A DNA stretch of 64,000 bases from an uncultured Planctomycetota bacterium (GTDB taxonomy: Bacteria; Planctomycetota; Planctomycetia; Isosphaerales; Isosphaeraceae): NCBI GenBank assembly GCA_963823665.1, contig CAWGMQ010000007.1, positions 576,001 to 640,000 of the forward strand. Direction: 5' to 3'. The notes beneath the pieces are model-generated. The model saw only the letters and a list, made by a program, of their open reading frames with translations, had not been told where the DNA came from and did no database searches. Positions 22,817 through 34,913 of the stretch are shown here, piece by piece. Each line of letters opens with the position of its first letter. Position 1 is the first letter of the stretch. A program made the position numbers and the translations under genes.

Positions 22817-23107
22817 GGGTCGTGGTCCTTCCTGGGAAAGGATACGCTCAAGAAATAAGCGAAAGGATGATGAATGATCGATCAGAGCAATTGAGGAGTG
22901 CAAGGCGGCGCCCACGCGCCTGCCGCAGGTGTTACTGCGAGTCCAGGCCGCTGGCGAATGACTGATAAGAATTGTTCACGACGCAAGCCGCAGAGCCCAA
23001 TCCACGATCGCGTGTGGTCGGGTTTCGAGCGCGGCGGAGCGCATCTGGTCTACACGCACGATGGCACAGCACGACGAGGCGAAGTCACCTGCAGCTCGTG
23101 CGGCCAT

Positions 23108-23542
23108 TCACCTGGGCGGTCTTGCGAGCCGATCCACTCGGTCGATTGAACGAGCGTTTTCGTCGTCATGTGGAAACGGCGAGCAATCCGATCCAAAACT
23201 GGCCGGACCGTTTTCGCAGCAGCCAGAGAGCTCGACTCGCCCGCTCGCCGGCGGCTCCGCACGCGGTGGAATGGAATCTCCCGAGCAGCGCAAGCCGGCG
23301 CACGGTGAAGTCGGCACGCGGTGATGGGGTGCCTCGGGCAACAGGTCCTCAGTCTTCAAGTCCCCTGCCACCAATCGGTCGAGAGAAAAGGATCCAGAAG
23401 CCAGCGACTGCCCGTTCACTCTGACGTCGTGCGAACATCCCGCTTGGACGCTGCCGGGCGCGGCCGTCCCGACCGCCGCAATCAGCAAGCCCGCTATGAG
23501 CCATACAGGTGTGCGTCGCCGTCGACGGACATGCAACATCAT
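23108..23542 (-). CDS. Hypothetical small secreted protein
   Basis: RRRRR plus hydrophobic signal, AGCSH, PCAGLRCS, C-terminal RLARPPR typical of planctomycete leader-like proteins upstream of DUF1559 genes. Confidence 0.55.
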   Translation of the reverse strand: MMLHVRRRRRTPVWLIAGLLIAAVGTAAPGSVQAGCSHDVRVNGQSLASGSFSLDRLVAGDLKTEDLLPEAPHHRVPTSPCAGLRCSGDSIPPRAEPPASGRVELSGCCENGPASFGSDCSPFPHDDENARSIDRVDRLARPPR

Positions 23543-23733
23543 GCGGATCGTTTCCGTGAAACCCGGCTCAATGGTTCGAAAACAGGAGTCGGAGATTTGT
23601 GGATTCGCGAACGGACGCATTCAAACCCACACTTCAATCTACCCTGGCAACTGCGCAATCGCAAGTGTTATTCTCGAGCTCGGTTCTGTCAACAAGAAAT
23701 GCGTTGCGAGCCCAGCCGTTTGGGGGGGAACTT

Positions 23734-24252
23734 GTGACCAGGCAACTGGTTCGCTATGGCAGCGTCATCACGATTGTTGTCGCCGCCGTGGCGGTGATTT
23801 TTTACGAGACTCGCCCCAATTCGCGTCCGGTGTCCCCAACCGCCTTGCCCGAGCGTCCAGTGGCCCGGGCTGCGGTCGAGAAGTCGCTCGGCCGCTGGCG
23901 CGACTCGCTCGGGAGCGAGACCACGGGACTCAAGTCCGAGCAAGTCGTGTTCGTCGACCAGCAGCGGCGGCCCGCGCAGCGGCTCCGCGCGTTCGCGCTC
24001 TTGGGCGATTTCGAGCACGAATCTTGCCGGTGCTTCAAGGTCAGGCTCGACCTGAGCGAGCCCGAGCAGTCGATATTGGCTGTCTATTATGTCTTCGGCC
24101 GGGATCCCATATGGGTGTACCGCGCCGAGGATTTTGAACGGATTATGCATTGGGAGATGGATATGTCAGCCACCGCGAAAGCGGCGCCTGATCCCGGCAA
24201 TGAAGCGAAGTCGCAACCCGCACGCGCTGAGCAAGCGCAAAACGGCCGGTGA
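23734..24252 (+). CDS. Hypothetical membrane-anchored protein, paralog of 21294..21758
   Basis: Shared VARxAxExxLxxWxD...F.VRL...YxVxGxxPxxVxRxEDxER pattern. Confidence 0.7.
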   Translation: MTRQLVRYGSVITIVVAAVAVIFYETRPNSRPVSPTALPERPVARAAVEKSLGRWRDSLGSETTGLKSEQVVFVDQQRRPAQRLRAFALLGDFEHESCRCFKVRLDLSEPEQSILAVYYVFGRDPIWVYRAEDFERIMHWEMDMSATAKAAPDPGNEAKSQPARAEQAQNGR

Positions 24253-24349
24253 TCCAAAGAGATCCCCGCCCTGCCCCTTGAACGCTGCAACGAGGTGCTC
24301 GTGTCGTTCAAGTGGCCCCCTCGGAACGGCCGGCACCTGCCCACGACGC

Positions 24350-27300
24350 CTAGCGGAAGCCGCCTGCGGGAGCGCCCTTCCTCATTTCCGGGGGCTGATT
24401 GTAGCGCTGTTGCAGACGATTGAGCTGCTTCAGGTTATTGGTCGAGTTCTGCATTTTGAGATTGCTGTCCAGCGCCTGGTTGGCATCCGGGGCACTGTTC
24501 GGAGCCTGCCCACCCCGCACTTCCTGCGGCTTACCGGCGGCCGGGACGGAAACACCCAGATGAGTCGTACCGCGGTAGAAGGCATATTCAAGATCCCCCT
24601 TGCGAGCAACCGCAGTCACCACCCCGAAAACGCCCTCCGCAACAAAAACTCCTCGAAGGTCGGTTGTTCCCGAGATGAACTGCGGGTTGGCGCTGCCGAT
24701 CACCTTGACCTGCACCTTGGGCAAGAGATTCTTGCTGTGGGCGTCGCGCAGCGTGATGCGCACCCGCCCCGCCGCCGCATCTTCGAGCGCCTCGATCTCG
24801 AGGGGCGATACCAGAACGATTCCCGACGCGTACAGGTTTTCACCGCGAATCATCGCCAGGTAAGCACCTTCCTTGGTCAGAGGCAGGTCGATGGCTCGCG
24901 ACTGGTCGTCGTAGTCGGCGCCGGAGCCCAGGGTGATAGACTTCTCAACCAGCGGAGTGATGCCGGCCAGGTCGATTCCGGAAATCCCGTTCAAGTTGCG
25001 CCGCGTGAGGTAGAGCTGCATCAAATCAACGGGATAAACCTTGACGTCGACCTGCGCGATGTTGCGAAAGTCGAGGCTGATGCCCGGCTTGGCCGGGGGC
25101 TCGCTCGGGCGCGCGGTCGCACCGACAACATCCACGACCCGAAATCCCCGTTCCGGGTTTTCCCCGGCGGGGCGAGCCGCGACTGCTCCCTGAGCAGCCG
25201 GCCTCACGATGGACACTTCGGGAACCTTCAGGTCCTTGCGAGTGTAGGCCTGGATGGCGCCGGCCGCGTCGCCGAAGCGATCGGCAACTTGCTTGTAGTA
25301 CTCGAGTGCTTTGGCAGGCTGACGGCGAGCGTCGAAGATCTGACCCAGAATGTAGACGGCCTGCCACTTGTTCGGGCTGGGTACTTCGGCCCCGGAAGAA
25401 TCCTTGTACATTGCATTCGCGATCGCCTGCGCAAGCTCGACCGCCCGGTCGTACTGGCCAAGATGGAAATTGGCGAGTGCATCGGCGTACTGGAAACTGT
25501 CGAAGAAGGTGCTCTTGGGATAGAGCTTCGCGAACCGGGCCGAGAGCTTGTCCACCGACTTGAAGTCCTCGAGCTCGATGTAGGCGCCGACCAGGGCGAG
25601 GCTCGCCTCGTCGGCCACCGGGTTCTTGGGAGAGCAAGCGAGGAAGGTCTGGATCATGCGGATCGACTGCGAAAGCAACTGCGATCGCGTGACTCCGGCG
25701 ACAGCCAGCTCGTGACGGAGCCCGGGGTTGGTGAACGCCTCGTCCGCCGTTTTCACCACGAGCTGCGAAAGACCGAAGAAGTCGCTTTCGATCGAAGCAG
25801 TATTCGGGTAGGACCGCCAGAGATCGACCAGGTAAGCGATCGCCTCCAGGGACTTGCCGCGCTGGCTCAGCAGCTCGCCGACGCGAGCATCCTCGAGATA
25901 ACTGGCCTCGATCAGGCCGCGCCAGACGATCATCGCACGCTCATATTCCTTGATCTCACGGTACGCGTTGCCGATCGAAAGAAGCTCTTTGAACGTGAGG
26001 ATCAGCTCCGGAGCCTTCTCCTTCACAACCTCGAAGTAGGTGACGATCTTGCGCGGCTGCTCCTGTTTGATATTGACCAGAAGCAGCATGCGCGCGGCGT
26101 CCTTGGCGATGTCGTCGCGCAGGGTGTAGCCACCGAAAAGCGGCTCGAGGGCGTCGCCGGCCTCTGCGAAACGCCCGGCGTCGAACTGGGCCTTGCCCCG
26201 AGCGAACAGCTCGTCGGGTGTCGGCCGGTACGGGTCGGCGCCGGCCTCACCGGCCTGCCGCACGCGCAGCTCGCCCGGGCTGCCCAGGTGGAATCGTCCC
26301 GGCTCGTAGGCGCTCCTGATCGAGGGGGGCAACGCCCGATACTGGCCGGGAAGGTACCCGTACACGTCGTACGAGATCGCGTCCGGATTCTGATTGGGAG
26401 CAAAGTAGAACGTGAGAACGCCGTCGGCAAGCTCGAACGACGTGGCGCTTGTGCTGACCGAGCCGTCGATCAAGGTCGTGCCCGCCGGGATCTGTTCTTC
26501 AACGATCAAGAAGTCCCGCTCCCATTCGGGCGTGCTCGCGGGAATATTTCGGTGCGCCGTGAGCACGATGTGAGCCTTGCCACCCAGCGCGACCTGGCTC
26601 GCGACGTTCTCGAAAGTCTCGGGGTTCACGGCAACGCCGAAGCCCGTGGGCAGCACCTTGCCATCGAGCTCCGGAGCCGACGGGTAATAGACCCGTCGCG
26701 ACACCACGGCAACGCGGTTCGCCTGTTTCTGGTCGGGCGCGAAGTCGCGCGTGAACCCCTGGAGCGTGGCGGCGTATCCGAAGCGTCCGCGGCCTTCCAT
26801 GTCGAAGCGAATGCGATTCGCTTGCCCCACCTTCACCGACTTGAGCGGGACGGGGATCGCTGCTCCGGCGGTCGCGCCGGTGACATTCATCTCGACGAGC
26901 TTGGTGTCGTTGACCGTCACCGTCAGCTTGTAGCGATCTTCGGCACGCTGGGCGAGTCCGTAGTAAGCCGCCAGTGCGGCGAGCGCCGGCCCTTTGGCTT
27001 TGTTCGGCCGCCAGCCGGTGCCCGTGCGGTGAGCGTTGAGATAGGCAACAGCGCCTTCAAGCTCGGCCGCCTGAGGCCGAACCCGTGCGAATGCCAAGCT
27101 CACAAGCGCGGTCGTCTCGATCGCCCCGCGCACGCTCTGCGATTTCTGCGCGGAATCCCAGTACACCCGCCCCGGCCGCCCCGGCGCTGTCGGCTCGGTC
27201 TTGGCGCGAGACGCAAGTATGCCGATCAGCTCGTTCGCCAACGTTGCCCGATCGAGATTCGCCAGCGCAAGTGCCAGATACGCCAGCGCCGGGTCGGAAA

Positions 27301-30300
27301 GCCCGTTGCGCACGCGATTCAGGCTATTGGCCGCTTCGAAAGAAGCCGCGCGCCGGGTGCTCTGCGCGTGCAAAACGCGCCGCGCGCGTCTCGTGGTCGT
27401 TGCCGCTGAGCTTGGCGAATTCCGCGCTCAAATACGCGACCGCCTTGTCGAGAATCTTCACGTCGGCGAGCAGCCCGAGCGGCTCGGCCGACGCGAGCGC
27501 CCAGACTGTGGCGGCCGAGGCGAGGCGATCGCTCGGTGGCACGGCTGGCGTCTTCTGGCCCAGGCGCGGGCTGGATTCGGGGCTGACCCATGCCCATCCG
27601 CCGTCTTCGTTTTGAGACGACACGATCGAGGCAACCAACCCCTCGATTCGCTGAGAAAGTCGCCCGGCCTCCGGCGCCAGCCCCGCGGCTTTGGTCGTTC
27701 GCAGATATTGCAGGGCCGAGGTGGCGGCAAGCAGCTCAGCCGCGCGATCGGCCGTGGTAAAGGGCGGTGGATAGCAAATGCGCCGAGCTGCATTCTGCGC
27801 CGGATTCCTGAGCGCCGCAAACGCATCATCGCCGACGGCCATCTCGATGAGCGACCGTTCGAGGCTCGGCGATAACACGATCAGCATTTCCGGGTTTTCG
27901 TATGAACGGCCCGGCGGAAGCCCCACGAATACGGTTGTGCTCTCACTGGCGGTGCCGGACTCCGACGCGACGGCCTCGACACCCCAGGGACGCACCGGCA
28001 CGTTGACGCCGATCTCGTCGCTTGCGCCGCCGATCGTGCCCCGGAGGGACAGCCTGACCGATTCGGCTTCAGGGATTTCGAATAGATCAAACACGATTTC
28101 CTCGACACCGTCCTTCGAAAGCTCGATCGATTTCGGAAACACTTCCTCACGCCCCGCGGCATAGACTGTGAGCTGAAGGGCAAGCTTTCCGGTGACGCCG
28201 GTATGATGAACCTGGCCGAGGAACCGCGGCTTGTCGCCTTGAGTGAGCGACGCGGGAACCTTCAGGTCGACGAAGAAGCTCTTCCGCACCGTGACCGTCG
28301 CCGTCGTCTGGCCCGCCAAAGTGTCGGCGCCGGTGACGCCCCGCGCTGTGATGCGGTACTCCGAAAGCGCCGACGGAGCCTTGAACGTGACACGGGTCTT
28401 GCCGTCCTTGCCGGTCACGACGAGCGGGTTCCAATAAGCAGTCTCGACGAATCGGTCACGCGCTTGCGGCTCATTCTGGGCGAAATCAGCGTCACCAAAT
28501 GCAGCCCAGCCGGCAAGTCCGCGGCCAAGCCGGGTGTTGAGAGCGAAGTACTGGTTCTCGTGTCCGCGGTTGGCAACTGAACTGTCTTTCTTGTCACTCG
28601 CTTCTTCAGCTTTCTCGCCCGCCATCGCGCTCAGGTCGGCGACGGCCTTGGTCTCTTCCCCACGCCCGCCGCCTCCTCCCCCACTCGAGCGGCGCATGCG
28701 CCTGCGGGTCGGACCAGACTCCGGCGCGAGTCCCGCTCCTTGGGTTCCAACGATCAGAGGCGCAGGAGCCGCTGGCGCTTGTCCGACCTCGATCTGGCTT
28801 TTGGCCAGGCCTTTGACGGTCGCGTCACGTCCGGCTTCATCCGCAGCCAAAGCGGCCACGAGCTCGCGTTCCTCGACTAACGCAGAGGCGACCGCGCTCG
28901 TCGCCGGGGCATACCGAAACGTGTTGGTCGCCTCCGTGGCGAACGCCCCCGTACGGGTTTGGCCGAAGAAGAAGGGCCCGATCTCGGGCAGCGGATCGTT
29001 GTACAGACGCAGGAGCGACTGATCAACAACGGCGATCGAAAGCTCGGAGGCAACGGGCCGGCCGAGCTGATCGACGGTCGTGACCTCGATTTCAACCGTG
29101 TCGCCCGGCCCAACAGCAGGCTTCGCCACGGCAAGCTCGACTCTCAAGTCGCGTTCAACCTGCACATCGAGCCGGGCCTGATCCAGCTCGTTCTTGGCCA
29201 TCCGGGTCGCCGTGAGCGTGAAGTTGGGAAACTGTGCTCCATCGATGGCCCAGGCGACGGGGTTGTTCCCGACATTCAAGCGAACGAGCTTGTACGTCAA
29301 GATCCGGTCCGCTTCCCACGTCAGAAGCGCGGTGCCCGCCCGGTCGCGGCTATGCAGATTGACGCTGGCTTCCTCGCCCACCTTGAATCGCTGGCGATCC
29401 GCGAGCAGACGCAGCTTGGCTTCATCCTTCCTTCCTGAGATCGCCAGCGGCTTATCGGCCACAATCGGGTTGCCGAACCGATCTGTCCCTGCGACGCGCA
29501 CGACGTACAGACTTCCATCCGTATCGTCGATCCGCAGGGCAATTGATCCGTGCCCTGTCTTCGAGTCGGTCTTCAATTGCTTCCGCACGATCTCCCGCTC
29601 GGTGATTTGCCCTCCCGAGCGAATCAGCTTGATCACGGTGGCGGAGAGCGGCTGTCCCAACGGCTTGCCCTGGGCGTCGGCCGTGTTGACCTGAAGCTGG
29701 AACGCCTCGCCGTCCAGGTACAGATCGCGCGTGGTGTTCACGCTGATCCGGAAACCCTGAATCGCCAGCATCACGCTTGCGGCCGTCGCCACGTTGTCCT
29801 GCGTGAGCCGCGCAGCCAGAACGAGCGTCTGTTCCTCGGCAAAACCCTCCGTGGGAAACTCCACCGCGAATTGCCCGGCTCCGTCGGTCGTTCCGTGCAG
29901 GATCCGGCCGTCGGGAAGCTGCACATCGACGGGCCGGCCGGCCACCGGCGCTCCATACTGATACTTCGCGACCAGCGTCGCCTGCACCGGCTCGCCGCGA
30001 TAGAAGACGGTCTTCTTCAAGTCGAACGAGAGACCGATCGGCTCGAGCTGATAGGAGTGAACCTCGAAGCTGCCCGAGAATTCGCTTTTTCCCGGCTGGA
30101 AGACCCGGATGCGGTACGTCCCTACCGCCGCGGAGCTATCGAGCGTGAGCGTTTCGTGGAATGTTCCGAAGTCGGAGAGCGCGACCGGCCGCGCTGCGAT
30201 CAATCGGCCGCGGCTGTCGGCCACTTCATATCGATAGATCGCCTTCGGTACATGCGCGTACTGGCCCAGAGCGACTTCTCGCACCACGCCCCGAATCGCC

Positions 30301-32601
30301 ACCTTGTGGCCGGGGCGATACGCCGGGCGATCCGTGTAGATATAAGCGCGCGCCGTCAACCCCTGGGCGGCCCGATCGGGAACTCCCAGCCCGCTTCCGG
30401 CGACGTGCTGGCCGTCCATCAGTAAGTAGGTCAGACGGCCATTGCCGGCGCGGCTCGGTTTCCAGTCGCGCAGCAACACTCCGTCGGCCCCGGTCGTGGC
30501 GTCCAGAACAATCTGACCGCCTTCCGAGACCAGCACCCGTGCCCGCGCTCGCCCCTGGCCGGTCTTCATGTCCTGCGCGAAGACCAGAATCTGGTTGCGC
30601 GAGGTCTTGACGATGGCGTCCAGGTCGCTGCCCAGAACGAGAGTCGTCGCCTGAAGCGTCTTTTCATCCGTCACCTTGACAACGTAAACACCGGGAAGAG
30701 CGAGTTTCTTCAGCTCGAATTCCGCTTCGGTCGGTTTGTAGCGGGCGTAACCCGGGACCGGAGCTGTCCAGGCCGCGTCGGGCGCGACGAGCCCGATATC
30801 GAGCGACTCGACTCGCTCGAGCCCGCTCTTCTTGCGGAAATACGCCTCCGCATTCAGCTTGTAGGCCGTGAAGTGGAGCGTCTCGATGTTGCGCGTGGTG
30901 ATTTTGAGCGCGGCGGTCTCGCCGAGTTCGGAAGGTGCGCGGTGTGATCGACCACGAGCGCCTTCCCCTCCATGACGGCGATCCGCTGCGCCGCCTGAGC
31001 GTGCCACGGCTCCACGGTGATCTTTCTGAACCGCTCGATGGCCTCCCCGGGCTTTCCCAGCTCGATTTCGTACAGCGAAGCGGTCGTGAACTGGGCGTGC
31101 GCCGCCGGCTCGCTCGAGGGGAACTTGCCGGCGAGTGACTCCCACGCCGCAATCGCCTGGTCGTACTGTTTTTCGGTCGCGAAGCTCTCGCCGATCTGGA
31201 AAAGCAGCACGGGCACGCGGCCGTCAAGCGGATTCTGAGCCACGAATTCGGTCCAGGCGGTGCGTGCCGCGGCGAACCGCGATCGGCTCAAATGGTCGGC
31301 CGCGATCATGAGTTGCGTGTCGAGCACCGCCCGCTGTGCGTCGGCGCTTTGAGGGCCGTTCGGGAACTTCGCCAGGTAGCCCTTCCACGCCGCGATCGCC
31401 TCGGCGAACTTTTGCTGGCCCTGCAGGATCGCGCCAATCTTGAACGACGCGTCCATCGCAAGCTCCGCCCAATCGTGACGCGCTTCGGGCGAACCGATCT
31501 GAACGGGCTCCTGCTTGAGGAACTGGTTGAACGCTTCAAGTGCCTCATTGCTCTTTCCTCGCGCGAGATACGACGACCCAACCTCGTGCGCGGCCCGGAT
31601 CGCTTTCGGATGAGCCGGATACGCAGCGAGGAAACGCCGCAGCGCCGCCACTCCCTGGTTCAAACTCGTGTCATCCGGCGGATTGGGCAGTCCGTAGGTC
31701 GCGGTGATGGCGTACATCGCATCCGCCCGGATCGCGGCGGCGTCGTTCAGAAAGCTCGGCCGGCCTGAGCCGCTCGATCTCCCGCGCCAGATCGGTCCAC
31801 GTTCGCCGCGCCAGCAACGGCTGATTGAGTCTTCTGCTGGGCCTCGCCAAGCTGGAACCGCACCGCGAGCCGATCCTCTCCCGCCGGATACTCCTGAACG
31901 TAGAGCTGGTCATTTTCGACCGCGCGCGCAGGGTTGCCGGCCGCCATGCTCGCACGCCCCATCGTGTACAGAAGGCGTGCCCGAAGGGCAGGACTTTCAG
32001 CCAGCTCACGGGCCTGGACCAGCAGGTCGTACGCCCCGTTCGGGTCAGGCGCGATCAGCGGGTCGCCCGGCTCGAGAAGTCGACGGGCATAGTCATGATA
32101 GATCCCGGCAAGCTGATCTTTCCGATCGCCGGAAAGAAGCCGCTCCGCCTCCGCACGGGCTAGCTCTTCTGCGGGCGCCCAGTTTCCGGAAGCAAGCTCG
32201 ATGCCCGCGAGCTCGTACCGGATCTTGATGACCCATCGGCCTTTGGGATCGAGCGAGATCGCTTTCGCCAGGATTTCGCGTGCCGAATCTCGGTGGCCCG
32301 CCAGCCGCCCCGAAATCCCTCGAAGATACGAATAGTAAGCCTTGTCGTCGATCGACGGTGTCTTTTCAATAAGAGCGGCGAGAAGCCGATCGGCCGCCTC
32401 GTACCGCCCCTCCTGCATGGCGTCGATCACTTCAGCCGGGAGGATCGGAGCAGCCGGTGCGACCAGACCTTTCGGGGCTGCCACTGCTTTAGGTGGATCG
32501 TCACCTGCGGCCGCAAACGCCAACCAAGGTAAGGTCAAAAATGCCGCAAGTGCCAGGCAGACTGCGTGATGCACCCCCGCCGCTTCATGATGTAGCTTCA
32601 C
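24350..32601 (-). CDS. Giant alpha-2-macroglobulin (MG2)-family protein with N- and C-terminal TPR/BamD-like repeats; about three frameshifts
   Basis: Signal peptide; TPRs; YIYTDRPAYRPG, ETAYWNP, FFVDLKVPASLTQGD, GQYRALPP..SAYEP; pieces 31747..32601, 30854..31717, 27324..31145, 24350..27373. Confidence 0.88.
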
Positions 32602-33062
32602 GACTCAGCCTCCTCTCGAGGTCCGACGCGACGGGCGTCACGTCGCGCGGATATTGTCCGTAGAAAACAAGCACGTGTTGGTCAGCTTCGCGTTTCGCTT
32701 GCGTGACCGCCTCTGGGAACATACTTGGGGCGCTGCCTCTCGAACCGACGGGTTCCTCCTGATAGTTTGACGATGCAGCGGCCGGATTATTAGAGCGCCG
32801 AACTCGCGCCCGGAAAAGTGTTTGCGAATCGCGGTGCCGAGCCAGCATTCCTCGATCTCGGGGATCACCCTTGTGGCCGATCGCCGTGCTCTTTACATTT
32901 TGTAAAAACGTGTGTCCGAGATTGTCGTCGATTTTCGAGGTGATGGGATAGCAGGGATTGTGTCTGCACTATAATAATAGTCGCGAGGGATCGAGTCCGC
33001 GGTAAAGCGGAGACTGACGGTGGCTTTCAGATCAGATAGTCGGGATTCTTCTGACCGCACCG

Positions 33063-34855
33063 GTGGTGCGCAAGTCGAGTGATCGGGCTTCTTTCCGACC
33101 TACCCGCCGACGATTGCTCCTCGAGCAGCTCGAAACCCGCGTGATGCTTTCGGGCAGTCCGCCCAGCGCGCCCCTCCAGGTCATTGCAGTTGGCCCCGAT
33201 CCGGCTCAAACATCGATTTCTTTGATCGCGTCAATGCCCGCGACTCGTGACGATGGACTCACCGCGCTCGCTCCGACCGGAGAGGATATACGTTCCACCA
33301 TCGCTGTTTATGACCCGTCGCCTGTAACAAGCTCGATACAAACCGGTCCTCCTTCGATCGGTCCCTCTGGAGTGAATGAATGGATTGGTCCGCCGATCGT
33401 CGGATCAATCCAGGAAGGCCATTGGCAGGCCGCACTGCCCGATTCTCAGGCGCAAGATAGCGTCGTGGTCCCTCAGGAATCCGGTATGCAGGTCGCGGGG
33501 GGCTTCGGCGCCATTGGGCTCGATCAGGCCCGCTATGATCGCATGATGTACCTGCAGACTGGCGTCTCTCCGTTAGGCCCCGGGTCGGATGTTAGCCAGA
33601 ACGAACCGGAGTTACTCGCGTCTGAGGGTTCGGGCGGCCCACCTGGAAGCCGCCTGATCCTCGACGGATCGCTTGCGTTTCCCAGGCCGCTCATCTTTTT
33701 GCAATCTCCTGGCAACGCGGCGCCCGACACATTCGTGTTCCCTGGTCGCGAATCGGACGACCCAGGTGCGCAGCCGTTCATCGCCTCTGAAGGGTCGGTC
33801 GATTCGGGGGGTGCCACATACTCCCAGACGGAAGTCTTGGGCCCCTCCGCGATGCTCCCTCCAGCGATGATCGCGTCCTCTCGGGCGCGGCCCCGATGCT
33901 GGGCCATCTTCTCATCACCAAGAGCTCGACCGGGTCCGGAAGTTCGTCGACGAGCGAGTCGGGGATCGCCGCGGTCTCCGCCTCGAATTCGAGCGCGCCC
34001 TTCAATTCGTTGGTACAGCGACAGGATGATTCGGACGCGGCCGCAAGTGGCACCGCACCCGCCCAGGGATTGTTCGCCAGCGGTATGGTACCTCTGCAAC
34101 TCGACGCGTTCGGGTCTTGGTCCACAAGTGTCGACAGCCCCGCCCAAGGAAACGTCGATACAACCGCCGCGACGGCCTCGCAGTCCAGTTCCGACTCGGT
34201 CACACCCGCGCCCGTGTCTACTACTGCGGCCGACCCGACCGTGTCGGGCTCGGCCGACGGCTTTAACCTCCGAATTCCCACCGGGCCGTTTGCGTCTCGA
34301 AACGCTGGTCCGCTCGGCCCGATCCTCGCCTCCGTCGGTGGTGATCCAACGCCTGAAGTCGAGCGCGACGGCCGCGCCTTGTATCAGGAAATCGACCATC
34401 GAGATGGCGCTTCCGGATCCGCCGATGATCTCCGGGCGTACGCAATCCGGGAGGACGGCTCGACCGAGGAAGCACGGGGCGGCGATCACACTAACTCGGG
34501 GGTCACTGCCGACGGTGCGAGCCGATTTTCGCTGTGCGCCCCTGCCGCTTCGAAAAACCGCCGCACGGATCTGGGCGGTCTGGTCTCGTCGATCGGATTC
34601 GGCGCAGCCGACGTTCGCACGGGGCCCGCTGAAGGCTCTCACCAGCTTGATCGCTCCCAGGTCGGCGTTGTCGCGGCCGCAGCCGAAAAGCGAGATGACG
34701 CGCCGGGGTACGCCGTCTTTCTCAAGGCGGCCTGCGGCGTCGCGATCGGTCTGGCCATGTCCTCGCGCGCTCTCTTCCCCGGCCTCTTGCTCGGAGCGAA
34801 GAATCGCATACGCCTAGGACTGCGGGGCTCCCGAGCGAAAGACCGGCGTCGTTGA
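33063..34855 (+). CDS. Hypothetical Ser/Pro-rich surface protein with LExRxL motif; frameshift near 33880
   Basis: RRRLLLEQLETRVMLS; C-terminal hydrophobic segment followed by basic tail in ORF 33896..34855. Confidence 0.6.
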
Positions 34856-34913
34856 CAAGAATGCCGGGTCGCCCGCGGGCGCGGCGGCATTCCCGCAGTC
34901 GCCATTCGCCCGC

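Noticed and set aside
24089..27409. 1106-aa plus-strand ORF
   Set aside because: Antisense shadow of the alpha-2-macroglobulin gene in high-GC DNA; no recognisable motifs
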